From a virus: a stretch of 64,000 nucleotides of DNA. The notes below the pieces were generated by a model. That model saw only the letters and a list, made by a program, of their open reading frames with translations, was not told where the DNA came from and did no database searches. Each line of letters starts with the position of its first letter. Within the stretch, counting starts at the first letter, position 1. The translations under genes were made by a program, and so were the position numbers. The stretch is taken from positions 1 through 64,000 of IMG/VR virus record IMGVR_UViG_3300028392_000050, one strand, 5' to 3'. This document shows positions 29,205 to 38,959 of this stretch, piece after piece.

Positions 29205-31238
29205 ATGCCATTATCATTTAAATTAACATCCGACTTTGTAGAAAGTTACAAGACCAAACCAGTTCCTTGGGGGTTTAAAGATGTCGCTGGTAACTCTGTC
29301 GGAGAGATTACCTTTCTAAGAACTTACTCCCGCCTAAAGGCTGACGGAACTAAGGAAACTTGGCTAGATGTATGTGAGCGTGTTATTAACGGTATGTACT
29401 CACTACAGAAAGACCACTGTAAGACTAACCGACTACCTTGGAACGACGCTAAGGCACAGGCTTCTGCTAAGGAAGCATTTGACCGCTTGTTTAACCTGAA
29501 GTGGACTCCGCCTGGCCGAGGCCTGTGGGTAATGGGTACCCCGTTGGTAAATGAGCAAAAGAATAGCGCGGCTTTACAGAATTGCGCATTTGTTTCTACT
29601 AATGAAATGTCTAAAAACAATCCTGCTAAGCCATTTGCGTTCCTTATGGAAGCCTCGATGCTGGGTGTAGGTGTAGGTTTTGACGACAAGGGCGCTGATA
29701 AAGGTTTTGATATTTATGAGCCAAAAGGCGAACAAGTGTACGAAATCCCTGACACACGCGAAGGATGGATGGAAAGTACATCTATGCTAATAAATGCTTA
29801 TTTAAAGCCAGACCAGACAAACTGGGTATTTAATTACGATAATATCCGTCCATATGGCGCACCTATCTCTACCTTCGGAGGAACTGCGGCGGGCCCTGCG
29901 CCACTTGTGAAGCTCCACGAACAAATTAAAAAACTCTTTAATGGCAGGGCTGGAAATAAGGTAACCCGAATTGATATTGCCGATATAGGAAATATGATTG
30001 GTGTCTGCGTCGTTTCCGGAAACGTACGCCGTTCTGCTGAGCTGTTGCTTGGGCGTATTGATGACGATAACTTCTTAAATCTCAAGAACGCTGAGCGTTT
30101 CCCTGAGCGTAACTCTTACGACCCAGAAAATCCAGGTTGGGCTTGGATGTCTAATAACTCTGTAGAAACCTCTGTGGGTACTGACCTCTCACCTATCGTG
30201 GATGGTATTGCTCTCAACGGTGAGCCTGGAGTTATCTGGATGGACGTAACTCGTAAGTATGGACGTTTGGCTGACCAACCTAACAATAAAGACTGGCGTG
30301 CTGCGGGATATAACCCTTGTGCTGAACAATCTCTAGAAAGTTTTGAGTGCTGTACTCTTGTAGAAACCTACCTGAACAGACACGATAGCCTAGAGGACTA
30401 CAAGCGTACTCTTAAGTTTGCTTATCTCTACGCCAAAACCGTTACTCTACTTCCTACTCACTGGGAAGAAACAAATGCCATAATGCAAAGAAACAGACGC
30501 ATTGGTACTTCTATGTCTGGTGTTGCTAATTTTGCGGATCTAAATGGGCTTCCAGAGCTACGTGAGTGGATGGACAAGGGCTACAACACTATCGTTAATT
30601 ACGATAAAGCATATTCCGAGTGGCTTGGAATACGAGAAAGTATTAAAACCACTACTGTAAAGCCTTCTGGTACTGTATCTATTCTCTCTGGCGAAAGCCC
30701 TGGCGTTCACTGGACACCAGGTGGAGAGTACTTCTTGCGTGCCATCCGCTTTGGTAATGATGACCCTATGCTCTCTCTCTTTAAAATGGCTAATTACCGA
30801 GTAGAACCTGCTAGCGAAAACCCTACCAAAACCTCTGTGGTGTTCTTCCCTATCAAATCTCTCGCCAAGCGCTCCGAGAAAGATGTTTCTATCTTTGAGA
30901 AAGTATCTCTCGCTGCGACTGCTCAACGCTACTGGTCAGACAACTCTGTATCTGTAACTATCTCTTTTGATGTTGAGAAAGAAATTAAAGATGTAGGTAC
31001 TGTACTACATATGTACGACGGCCAACTCAAGACAATCTCTTTCTTGCCTATGGGTAACCACGTCTATCCACAAATGCCTTACTCTCAAATCTCTCAAGAA
31101 GAATACGAACAGTACGCTATGGAACTCTTCCCTATTGACTTTAAGGGTATCTATGAGGGTCTGGCTATTGACGCTATCGGTGAGGCTTACTGTACTACTG
31201 ACGCTTGTGAAATCAAACTCATCAAGGACAACCAGTAA
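29205..31238 (+). CDS. nrdJ: class II (adenosylcobalamin-dependent) ribonucleotide reductase
   Basis: RTYSR, PPGRGLW, NCAF, GNVRRSA, NPCAEQ, TVKPSGT, C-terminal CTTDAC; no beta subunit nearby. Confidence 0.93.
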   Translation: MPLSFKLTSDFVESYKTKPVPWGFKDVAGNSVGEITFLRTYSRLKADGTKETWLDVCERVINGMYSLQKDHCKTNRLPWNDAKAQASAKEAFDRLFNLKWTPPGRGLWVMGTPLVNEQKNSAALQNCAFVSTNEMSKNNPAKPFAFLMEASMLGVGVGFDDKGADKGFDIYEPKGEQVYEIPDTREGWMESTSMLINAYLKPDQTNWVFNYDNIRPYGAPISTFGGTAAGPAPLVKLHEQIKKLFNGRAGNKVTRIDIADIGNMIGVCVVSGNVRRSAELLLGRIDDDNFLNLKNAERFPERNSYDPENPGWAWMSNNSVETSVGTDLSPIVDGIALNGEPGVIWMDVTRKYGRLADQPNNKDWRAAGYNPCAEQSLESFECCTLVETYLNRHDSLEDYKRTLKFAYLYAKTVTLLPTHWEETNAIMQRNRRIGTSMSGVANFADLNGLPELREWMDKGYNTIVNYDKAYSEWLGIRESIKTTTVKPSGTVSILSGESPGVHWTPGGEYFLRAIRFGNDDPMLSLFKMANYRVEPASENPTKTSVVFFPIKSLAKRSEKDVSIFEKVSLAATAQRYWSDNSVSVTISFDVEKEIKDVGTVLHMYDGQLKTISFLPMGNHVYPQMPYSQISQEEYEQYAMELFPIDFKGIYEGLAIDAIGEAYCTTDACEIKLIKDNQ

Positions 31239-31239
31239 A

Positions 31240-31260
31240 TCTCTCTCTCTCTCTCTCTCT
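31240..31260. repeat. (CT)10 microsatellite
   Basis: Directly after the nrdJ stop at the strand-switch point. Confidence 0.9.
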
Positions 31261-31375
31261 AAATAGCATTAAAGCCAATAGTTAAATACGACTATGGGCT
31301 TTTTGCTATTTTATCTCTCTCACAATTTATCTCTCCCGCAGCGTACCTGAGCTAAGGTCCAGGGGCTTTGGGAAA

Positions 31376-31403
31376 TAAAAAAGCCCCTATTGCTAGGGGC
31401 TTT
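31376..31403 (-). terminator. intrinsic terminator of the minus-strand block
   Basis: AAAAAAGCCCCTA-TTGC-TAGGGGCTTT. Confidence 0.8.
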
Positions 31404-31420
31404 AATATTTAAATCGCTGT

Positions 31421-31897
31421 TTAATAGTGAAACGCTATTGCCAATGCGAAACCGAAGGTTAATAGCGTCAATGGAGAAAGCCTTATCACTGTCGCACGAG
31501 AGAACTTTATAGTAAAAATTGCTACAAAGACAGACAGCACTGCCAGAATTGGCAAGAACGATAGGGCTACTCCCCAAGAGAACCAGCCGAGTATCATCAT
31601 TAAAGTTGATAGCAATTTAATATCGCCCATACCTAATAGGTCATACTTCACATTTAAGAATAAGCCTAATACAGTAACTCCGATAAAGAATAGAACAGAG
31701 ATACCAAACCTAGCCCACTCACCCTGCCATATGGCTAGGGTCAGCCAACTCAATAAAGTCAGAGCCATTAGGGGCAGAACTATTTTATTAGGAACTCTGC
31801 CGTCTTTCACATCTGATAGCAGGATAGGGATTACAGCACCACCTACATACGCTAGTGGTAATAGGGTTATTAGTAATTGTATTTCGTGTATAGTCAT
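31421..31897 (-). CDS. A24 prepilin peptidase-like membrane protease
   Basis: SDVKDGRVPN and LGMGDIKL aspartate motifs; multiple TM helices. Confidence 0.8.
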   Translation of the reverse strand: MTIHEIQLLITLLPLAYVGGAVIPILLSDVKDGRVPNKIVLPLMALTLLSWLTLAIWQGEWARFGISVLFFIGVTVLGLFLNVKYDLLGMGDIKLLSTLMMILGWFSWGVALSFLPILAVLSVFVAIFTIKFSRATVIRLSPLTLLTFGFALAIAFHY

Positions 31898-31924
31898 TTG
31901 ATTTCCTTATTTATCATCTGGGGT

Positions 31925-32131
31925 TTAGTTACCCTCGTAGTAATCTTTGTGTTCATACTTGCTCTGTGGGTCAAAGATACCACCCTCGCCATTACACTCT
32001 GGGCAGGATACTTCATCAACAGCACCCTCTCCCTCGCAAGCCTCACACTCGTTCCAGCATACAGGGCAACTCTCATCACAGCCACTCTCACTTGTGTAAG
32101 GGCTTTCTAGCCAGCCGTCATAGTCAAACAT
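31925..32131 (-). CDS. small acidic protein with DnaJ-type CxxCxGxG repeats
   Basis: CEACEGEG...CPECNGEG. Confidence 0.65.
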   Translation of the reverse strand: MFDYDGWLESPYTSESGCDESCPVCWNECEACEGEGAVDEVSCPECNGEGGIFDPQSKYEHKDYYEGN

Positions 32132-32615
32132 TAGTTATCTCCTTTATCAAAGTCTAGTAGCACCTCGTAGCACTCTTGGCACTCAACAGCAACATTAGTA
32201 TCGGCATAGGATACAACTTCTATATCGTGTCCTATGTGTCGGCTTAGGTCTTTGTAATCGGTAGCACTCATTTATTCCTCTCCCTCAATTTCTATAACCT
32301 CTGTGTTAGCACTTAGTAAAGTAACTGCGTCTATCTCTACTCCGTCTTGCCACCATCTCTTTTGAGAGAGGTCTAGCAGGTTGCCCCAGTCCTCTCCCTC
32401 TTTAGTATCTATCTCCCAGATTTGGCGTACCTCTACTGTGTATTTAGGCATTAGTTACTCTCCTTTAATTTCTTTAGCATAACTTCGTAGGCATTGTAAG
32501 CACCTTCGGCATAAGCATAATCATAATCTAGGTTATGTTTATCGGCTACTTTCATATCCTTTTTAAACTCTCGCATAGCCTTTTTAATAAACTTGGTTAG
32601 TTCTTTAATTTCCAT
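32131..32615 (-). other. three coupled small ORFs (32131-32271, 32272-32451, 32451-32615) not in the ORF track
   Basis: MSATDYKD... (46 aa), MPKYTVEV... (59 aa), MEIKELTK... (54 aa); stop/start overlaps and GGAG-type RBS. Confidence 0.65.
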
Positions 32616-32857
32616 TAGTTTCGCCAGTCCTCTCCGATAACTCTCATCAAAGCATTAGGGCTAACTTTTAGAACAGAACATAGGGCAGACATAGTTCCAC
32701 TCGGTATCTCTCGCTGTAAATGAAAGTACCTAGACAGACTAGATTTCTGGAAACCTGTTGCTATTGCGAACTGGTTGAGTGATTTGTAGCCGAGTTTCTT
32801 GTATCTGGCTACGAACCATACCCAAGCGATTTCCTTTTGCTTATTAGTTTTTAACAT
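32615..32857 (-). CDS. Cro/CI-type HTH protein
   Basis: YKKLGYKSLNQFAIATGFQKSSLSRYF...LCSVLKVSPNALM. Confidence 0.8.
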   Translation of the reverse strand: MLKTNKQKEIAWVWFVARYKKLGYKSLNQFAIATGFQKSSLSRYFHLQREIPSGTMSALCSVLKVSPNALMRVIGEDWRN

Positions 32858-33227
32858 TTGTTTCCTCTACTTCCTGATTTAAATATTCGCTAAACTGTTT
32901 AACGAAATCTTCCTGTGTGTAATGCGTATTTTCATATTGTACCTCGCCTGTATCGGCATTAACAACGATAGGTGGGTTGTCCTCTGTGTAATCCACAGAA
33001 CTAGCAGAGCCAATACCAAAGCCAGTAGAGCCTTTGTAATTACCCTCTACTATTGCGAACTCATAGAACGCCTGTGCCGTTAGGTAGGTGAAATCACCTA
33101 CTCGTTCTGTCTTGTTTAGCAGGTTGGCTACGGCAACAGCGTTATCTGTGCCTGACCAATGACCATATATCCTAATTATGCTGTCGTCAATTTCGCTAAC
33201 GAGGTAGATAGAACTCCTATCGCCCAT
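32844..33227 (-). CDS. hypothetical phage protein
   Basis: MGDRS...IYGHWSG; AGAAAGG RBS. Confidence 0.7.
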   Translation of the reverse strand: MGDRSSIYLVSEIDDSIIRIYGHWSGTDNAVAVANLLNKTERVGDFTYLTAQAFYEFAIVEGNYKGSTGFGIGSASSVDYTEDNPPIVVNADTGEVQYENTHYTQEDFVKQFSEYLNQEVEETNVKN

Positions 33228-33353
33228 TTGATTTGCCTTTCTTTCCTGATTTATTTGGCTCTGATGTGTAATGTAGCCAGACCATTAGGGCTAGTGTTTC
33301 TAGCCCGAATAGTCCAACTGGCAACAGAACTGCGTAGGTAACTAGCATAGTGT

Positions 33354-35423
33354 CTAGCCCCTAACTTTTCTACTCTTGATTTGATGTTTTACAACATCTC
33401 TAGCAACCTTTACCAATTCGTTAGGATTTTGGATAGTTCTAAAATCGCTAGCGTTGTGTGTGTATTGAGCAAGGCTCTTAGGGTTGGATAAGATTTGCTT
33501 AGCGTAGTCCTCGTCACCGAGCCAGACCACACTTACATAACAGCCTTGCTGTACTAGGTTAGCGATTTTCTGGTCACACACAGCAGAGTTAGACCACTCG
33601 CCGTCTGTAAGAATAAATACTAATTTAGTTTTAGCAGTTGTATTATCCATTATTCGCTTGGTTTCGTTTAGGCTGTCTATCGGGTCAGTACCACCACCAG
33701 CCTCAACTACACGAACGACAGAGGCATTAGCAGGGGTATCTCTGTCGTAGATTTCCTTAGCCCCATAACTAAAGGCAGATACAGACACCTTGCCGTTAAT
33801 GCGTTCTATGCCACGCTTGATAACCCAAGCCGAACGGCAAGCCGAGCCGATAAGTGACCACATAGAGCCAGACTTATCTATCAAGATACTAGCCTCAATG
33901 TCGTACTCGTCGTTGCCCTCTGACCACCTATCAAACAGTCTATCTATCTGGTTGATGTCTGCGTTCATAGCCCTACGAACATTTAACTTGCCACTAGGCT
34001 TTTCTCTATCCCACGCTGGGTCACTTTCTATGCGTAGCAGTTCTAGTTCCTGTGCGAACAGCCTACTAGCAGTCACTTCCGACATCTCTGGGGTAAAGTT
34101 TCTAGCCCTACCTTTCTCTAGGGTAGATTTGCTACTCCTATCCTTTTGGATAGCCTTGAGTGTGTCTATGACCTTACGCTGTAAAGACTTATCTGCCTTA
34201 GCACGATTAACAGCCTCGTTTAATTGCTCAACTACCTCTGACTGTTCGTTGATGAAACCAGCAGTATCAGGATTAACCTCGCCTGTTTCCTTTCCAGCCT
34301 CGTTGCCAGCAGACAGCCCACCGAATAGGTTGTCTGTCTTATCGCCGTCTAGGTCTAGCAAGCCCTCTTGTTCTTTCTCGCCAACTGGTCTGCCGTTTCG
34401 CATAGGGGCTCGGTAGGTACAGCCATTAGGGTTATCAGGTAGGTCTGGCTTGCCGTTCTCGTCTTGAGGCAACAGAGCAATTAGAACTGTGATTAGGTCT
34501 TTGGCTCGGTCATACTGGCGAGGGAATACAAGCGTACGATATTCATTTATGATTTCGTAAATAGCCTGTGCCTTATCAAACCCATATTTAGAAATAAACA
34601 TCTGGGCAGATATCTTGCGTAGTTCCTGTGAGAAATACTTACGCCCAGCCAGCAGGATAAACTGTTCGCCTAATTTCTCGGTCTTGTTCTCTAGCAGGTA
34701 ATCACCCAGCAGGGCTACCATAAATGGTCTTACGCTTGGATACTTGAGTGTTAAGAAATACTCGGCTCGGCAGTCCTCAAGGATATTAAAGACCGAGTTT
34801 CGTCTAGGGTCTGCCAATTCCTCTGTGGTATAGGTGTGGGTTAAATCGTTTCCGTCACTATCCTTACCATACACATAAGACTTGGTTTTAGTAACTTTCT
34901 CGCCTACCCACTTACCCAACGCTGTACCAATGCGAGGTGTAAATAGCAGGTGACCGAGTTCGTGATAGTTAAGACCCTGTAAAGATAGGACTGTGTTTTC
35001 GTCAAGTTCCTTAATCAACTTGCCAGAGAACACGATATCTTTGCCGTCATTGTAGGCAGGGGCTACCTCTGTTTCGCTAACAGACACTAGAACATTTAGA
35101 CCAGTTAAAATCCTGTCGGCTCGTTGATAGACAGACACCACGCTATCTAGCGTGTTGTTGCGAGAGGTGATACCACCACTAGCCCTGTCTTTCTCGCCGT
35201 CTAGGTAGAGGTCATACTCCTCTTGGATTTCCATAGATAAATGTAAGCGTTCGTTATAGATTTCGTTTTCTGTTCTACCAGTTTCTTTGGCAACTCGCTT
35301 AACAGTATCGTCATCTCTAGCCCAGTCTTGGGCTTTGTAGCCGTTTTCATTGAGCCACTCATAGAAACCCTTGCCAACGCTAATGCTTTCTACGGACTGT
35401 CTTGTAATCTTTGGCTTAGGCAT
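33354..35423 (-). CDS. vWA-domain protein with N-terminal HExxH domain (CobT-like)
   Basis: HELGH...NILED; MIDAS DKSGSM, GGT, LTDG. Confidence 0.85.
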   Translation of the reverse strand: MPKPKITRQSVESISVGKGFYEWLNENGYKAQDWARDDDTVKRVAKETGRTENEIYNERLHLSMEIQEEYDLYLDGEKDRASGGITSRNNTLDSVVSVYQRADRILTGLNVLVSVSETEVAPAYNDGKDIVFSGKLIKELDENTVLSLQGLNYHELGHLLFTPRIGTALGKWVGEKVTKTKSYVYGKDSDGNDLTHTYTTEELADPRRNSVFNILEDCRAEYFLTLKYPSVRPFMVALLGDYLLENKTEKLGEQFILLAGRKYFSQELRKISAQMFISKYGFDKAQAIYEIINEYRTLVFPRQYDRAKDLITVLIALLPQDENGKPDLPDNPNGCTYRAPMRNGRPVGEKEQEGLLDLDGDKTDNLFGGLSAGNEAGKETGEVNPDTAGFINEQSEVVEQLNEAVNRAKADKSLQRKVIDTLKAIQKDRSSKSTLEKGRARNFTPEMSEVTASRLFAQELELLRIESDPAWDREKPSGKLNVRRAMNADINQIDRLFDRWSEGNDEYDIEASILIDKSGSMWSLIGSACRSAWVIKRGIERINGKVSVSAFSYGAKEIYDRDTPANASVVRVVEAGGGTDPIDSLNETKRIMDNTTAKTKLVFILTDGEWSNSAVCDQKIANLVQQGCYVSVVWLGDEDYAKQILSNPKSLAQYTHNASDFRTIQNPNELVKVARDVVKHQIKSRKVRG

Positions 35424-36808
35424 TAGTTAGCCACCTCGTCTGCCTCAAGTGAAACATCAACAGCGATACCAAAGCCACTAGCAATACCAGCCTTAGCAGT
35501 ATCAAAGACCAATTTAACAGCCTCTCGTTCATCATCAGAGAACGAGTTTAAATAGGTTTCTGTCGCATACTCAAGGTCTATGTTCTTTACATTTTTAACA
35601 AAAGCCTCAAGACCTCTGGTAGAGATAGGGGTATCTATCTCGCCTCGTTCGTGCTGTTCTCGCAACTGATTAGCAACCTCTAGCAAGGTAGCGTTTCCGA
35701 TAAGTTTTTTCTCAATAGCCTTATCGTAACCAAACTCCCACTTGTGGGCAAACCTATCTTTCCACGCTTGGTTCATTGGGCGAGAGCCACGATAGTTAGG
35801 GTTGTGGTCACCGATAACAACTAGGTCTGGGTGAGCCTTGATTACCTCACCACCATTTTCTAGCAGTTGGATTTCTCGTCTATCGTCTAGCAGACCGAAC
35901 AGAACTGTTGTAACTCGCTCTGGCATAAAATCTATTTCGTTTAATAGCAATACGCCACCATTACGAACTAGGTCTGTAACAGGTCCGTCTTGCCACTTAA
36001 ACACGCCAGCCTGTTCTGTCGGTATCCACATACCGAATAGGTGGCTCGGCTCTAGTCCAATGTTGCTAGAGATGTTGTAGTAGCGATAGCCCCTAGAACT
36101 TGCCCAAGCGATAACACACATAGTCTTACCTGACCCAGCGTGACCTCTGATTAGTAGGTTCTGGTTATTTGCCTTGATGATGTCCAACATCTCAAAGTCC
36201 GTTCTGGTCTTGGTAATTTTGCGATTTAGGTAACGCTTAGCCCAAGAAATATCTGGCACGCTTGCCATTTCCATTTGTGCCTGTGGTCTTGCCATAGTTG
36301 GTACTGGGGCTGGTGTTGTCGGGGCAGTCATTACAGGAACGAAAGCGACAGCCAACTCCTCGTCTGCCTCAACCTCAACTGGGGTAATCGGGTTAATGGT
36401 TACAGGGTTGGTTCTGCGATTATCAGACACATAGTTAGATAGGCTCTGGTCACCAGCGATTAGTCTGTCGGTTAGTTCTGTAATCCAAACCTGATGTGCT
36501 TTGGCATTTTTTTCTGGGTTATACACATAGTCACCAGTAAGGTTGGTAAGCCTACTTGATAGGGCTGTTACATTTCCGTATTTGGCATTAAATACATCTG
36601 TGCTGTTGATAGCAACTGCGACAGGTAGGTTCTGTGCGACAGTCTGGGGCAAGGTAGTTACATCTGTGACCTTGTGCCAAGCCTGACCTCTGCCACGCTG
36701 TCCGTTAGATACTCGGTGAAATACTAAGACCTCACTCTCGGTTGGAACAATTAGGGTCTGTTCCTTTCCGTCTGTTACTGGGGTAGATACCATAAGGGCA
36801 ATACTCAT
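35423..36808 (-). CDS. MoxR/CbbQ/CobS-type AAA+ ATPase
   Basis: GHAGSGKT, WQDGP, LLLNEID, NPNYRG, DRF, ISTR; coupled to the vWA gene. Confidence 0.88.
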   Translation of the reverse strand: MSIALMVSTPVTDGKEQTLIVPTESEVLVFHRVSNGQRGRGQAWHKVTDVTTLPQTVAQNLPVAVAINSTDVFNAKYGNVTALSSRLTNLTGDYVYNPEKNAKAHQVWITELTDRLIAGDQSLSNYVSDNRRTNPVTINPITPVEVEADEELAVAFVPVMTAPTTPAPVPTMARPQAQMEMASVPDISWAKRYLNRKITKTRTDFEMLDIIKANNQNLLIRGHAGSGKTMCVIAWASSRGYRYYNISSNIGLEPSHLFGMWIPTEQAGVFKWQDGPVTDLVRNGGVLLLNEIDFMPERVTTVLFGLLDDRREIQLLENGGEVIKAHPDLVVIGDHNPNYRGSRPMNQAWKDRFAHKWEFGYDKAIEKKLIGNATLLEVANQLREQHERGEIDTPISTRGLEAFVKNVKNIDLEYATETYLNSFSDDEREAVKLVFDTAKAGIASGFGIAVDVSLEADEVAN

Positions 36809-37055
36809 AAGATTTGATACTTTCTGTTAGTTGTGGGGCAGACCTCTTGCCTGACCTCTCTCTCCGAGTTTATGCGATAGGCACGACATTTCCTAGAGCC
36901 ATAAACCTAAATAAGCATTTATTAACCTATTGTTCATCTTTGCCTATAAAGTATCGGCAGCCGATAGAAATTACGGGGCTTTGCTTATTTCTTTGTTTCT
37001 ACCTCATAGAGAGAGAACTAATAGAGAGTAAGGGATAGGTGTAGCCCTAGTGACT

Positions 37056-37093
37056 AACAGGCTAGTAACTAACCAACAGGCTAGTAACTAACC
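37056..37093. repeat. 19-bp perfect tandem repeat x2
   Basis: AACAGGCTAGTAACTAACC twice. Confidence 0.9.
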
Positions 37094-37353
37094 AAGTTCG
37101 CAAGGTAGCCCACATCTGGGCTTACCCCTGCCTCTCTTTCTGTATTGCTAGGCAGTAGCCTAGCCATTACCACAGTTTCGGCTATTTAGCAAGGATTATA
37201 ACGAAATCGTTATAATCTCTCTATTCGGCTCATAGCATACTCTCTCTCTATAGTCAATAGGGTATCTCTCTCTGTTATGAAATCGTTATAACCAAGATTA
37301 ACCGGCCGTTCTCTCTCTGTTAACCAGCTGTTTACTTTGGTGTGGTAAGCGTT

Positions 37354-37447
37354 TTGTTGCGTTGGTAGCCTTTTAGCCTTAACTATGCGATTGAGCGTAG
37401 CGAGCACGCACGGCACGGCTAAGGCTAAAAGGCTACCAACTCAACAA
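37354..37447. repeat. palindromic element 0 (12-mer core flipped)
   Basis: TTGTTGCGTTGGTAGCCTTTTAGCCTTA...TAAGGCTAAAAGGCTACCAACTCAACAA. Confidence 0.9.
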
Positions 37448-37685
37448 TTTCGGGTATGCGAAAGCCCCCAAGCCAGAGAGGGGGCTTGGGGGCTTTGGGC
37501 TGGTCACAGAAAGGGGAAAAAGACCAGCCTATAGCGAGGTGGGACAAATCACCTGCTAATTCTTATGTTTTCCTTGTCTATACCACTTTAGAAAGTCGGT
37601 GGCACAGGTAATACATAGAGCAGTTGGGGCTACAGTTGGGTCTGTAAGTTGTGTTTTACAGACAAAACACTTCTTACCAGTATAA

Positions 37686-38024
37686 CTACCCATTGTTATC
37701 TAGTTTCATCTTACTAGGGTCATAGATACCTAGCAAGGCGAGTAATTCATTAGGGGTCATTAGTAGAGCATAACACAGTTTAGGCAAGAAATACAAAGGC
37801 ATTGTGCCGTTTCCCTTGAGGTAATTGCCTACAGTTCCAGCAGTTACGCCAAAGTTATTACGCCTACAAAAGTCGGCTAGGGACTTATACCCTAGGCTCT
37901 TGTATCTAGCCTCTATTAGTTGTTGCTTACGCTTGCGTTCTTGGGTGTTCCAGTCGTAATAGGCTTGTATTTTCTCATAACGAGTTTCGGCTGGCTCATT
38001 TGGGTCATACTTCGGGTATTCCAT
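37686..38024 (-). CDS. Cro/CI-type HTH protein, paralogue of 32615-32857
   Basis: YKSLGYKSLADFC...GTVGNYLKG...LCYALLMTPNELL. Confidence 0.8.
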   Translation of the reverse strand: MEYPKYDPNEPAETRYEKIQAYYDWNTQERKRKQQLIEARYKSLGYKSLADFCRRNNFGVTAGTVGNYLKGNGTMPLYFLPKLCYALLMTPNELLALLGIYDPSKMKLDNNG

Positions 38025-38132
38025 TATTTACTCCTCATTGTAATTAGTCGTGCTTGTAGTCGGGATAGGGCAATAATGGCTTTACTTAGTAGCCTTATTG
38101 CTATGTGGCGTGGGCTTGGGTTGTATCTGTGC

Positions 38133-38852
38133 TTACTCATTACAGCACTCCAAGTTACAGTAACCACGCAAATCCATACCTAAAGCGTGGGTGATTTCAG
38201 GCTCGTTCTCATAGAACTTATCGCCGTCTAGCCATTGAGCCTCATAAGCAAAGCAGTCGCTTTCGTCAATACTGGACAGGTTTATAGTGATGTCGGGGTA
38301 TTGGCTAGCCAAGTGGTCTAATGCCTCTACTGGTGGTGACCACGCACTTTCTAGGTGATAGGTAATCTCTAGAGAAACTGGCATAGTATCTGGGTCAGTA
38401 TCGCCCATCTCACCTGCGAGAATAGTAGGCATTTCATAGACAATAGAGGCTTCGTCTGTTATCTCCCACTTAGTTCCCCAGTTACGGCAGTTCCAGTTAT
38501 ACCAGTCGTCGCTGGTCTTGCGTTCCTCTAGTATCTTGACGAGAGCCTGATTAGCGTCAAAAGGCGTGCTGGTCTTATCAGCCTTGTCTATCTCTACCAA
38601 GTCAGGGTCAGCCTTTACAATGCTGTCAAAGGCTTTCTTACCCCTCTCTAGGTAGGTATCAAGGTTACTAGGCTTTACTATGTTCCATAGCAAGAATACT
38701 CCCTCAACCTGCTCGGCTGGGGTAGGTTCGCCTTTCCAGTTAGTTTCTCCAGCCCAAGGTGTAGTATAAGGCTTAGCAAGCCTATCCTTTATTGCCATTA
38801 CTGTATCGTAGTCACCAACGATAGTGACTTTACTGCTAGCCCAATTCGGCAT
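38133..38852 (-). CDS. DUF1281/YubB-like ferredoxin-fold protein
   Basis: MPNW start, WYNWNCRNWGTKW, SAWSPP motifs. Confidence 0.75.
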   Translation of the reverse strand: MPNWASSKVTIVGDYDTVMAIKDRLAKPYTTPWAGETNWKGEPTPAEQVEGVFLLWNIVKPSNLDTYLERGKKAFDSIVKADPDLVEIDKADKTSTPFDANQALVKILEERKTSDDWYNWNCRNWGTKWEITDEASIVYEMPTILAGEMGDTDPDTMPVSLEITYHLESAWSPPVEALDHLASQYPDITINLSSIDESDCFAYEAQWLDGDKFYENEPEITHALGMDLRGYCNLECCNE

Positions 38853-38959
38853 TAGTCGTTCTCCTCAATACAAGTGTGGTTATTCCAGTCTTGTTCGGCT
38901 GTGTCAGAATAGTTATCCACTATAAATCCACAATGGTTACATTTAGTCCAGCGTGCCAT
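38852..38959 (-). CDS. 35-aa Cys/His peptide (not in ORF track)
   Basis: MARWTKCNHCG...HTCIEEND; TAATG coupling on both sides. Confidence 0.6.
   Translation of the reverse strand: MARWTKCNHCGFIVDNYSDTAEQDWNNHTCIEEND

Noticed and set aside
31240-31260. (CT)10 as a phase-variation switch
   Set aside because: Lies between convergent gene ends, not in a promoter or ORF; could also be an assembly artefact
33790-34416. 208-aa plus-strand ORF
   Set aside because: Antisense to the well-supported vWA gene; Ser/Leu-rich shadow frame
37210-37416. ORF-track ORFs over repeat DNA (37210-37416, 39398-39583, 40675-40932, 42520-42771, 45551-45769, and the 5' extension of 39513-40271)
   Set aside because: They run through palindromes, promoters and terminators and lack an RBS; likely spurious
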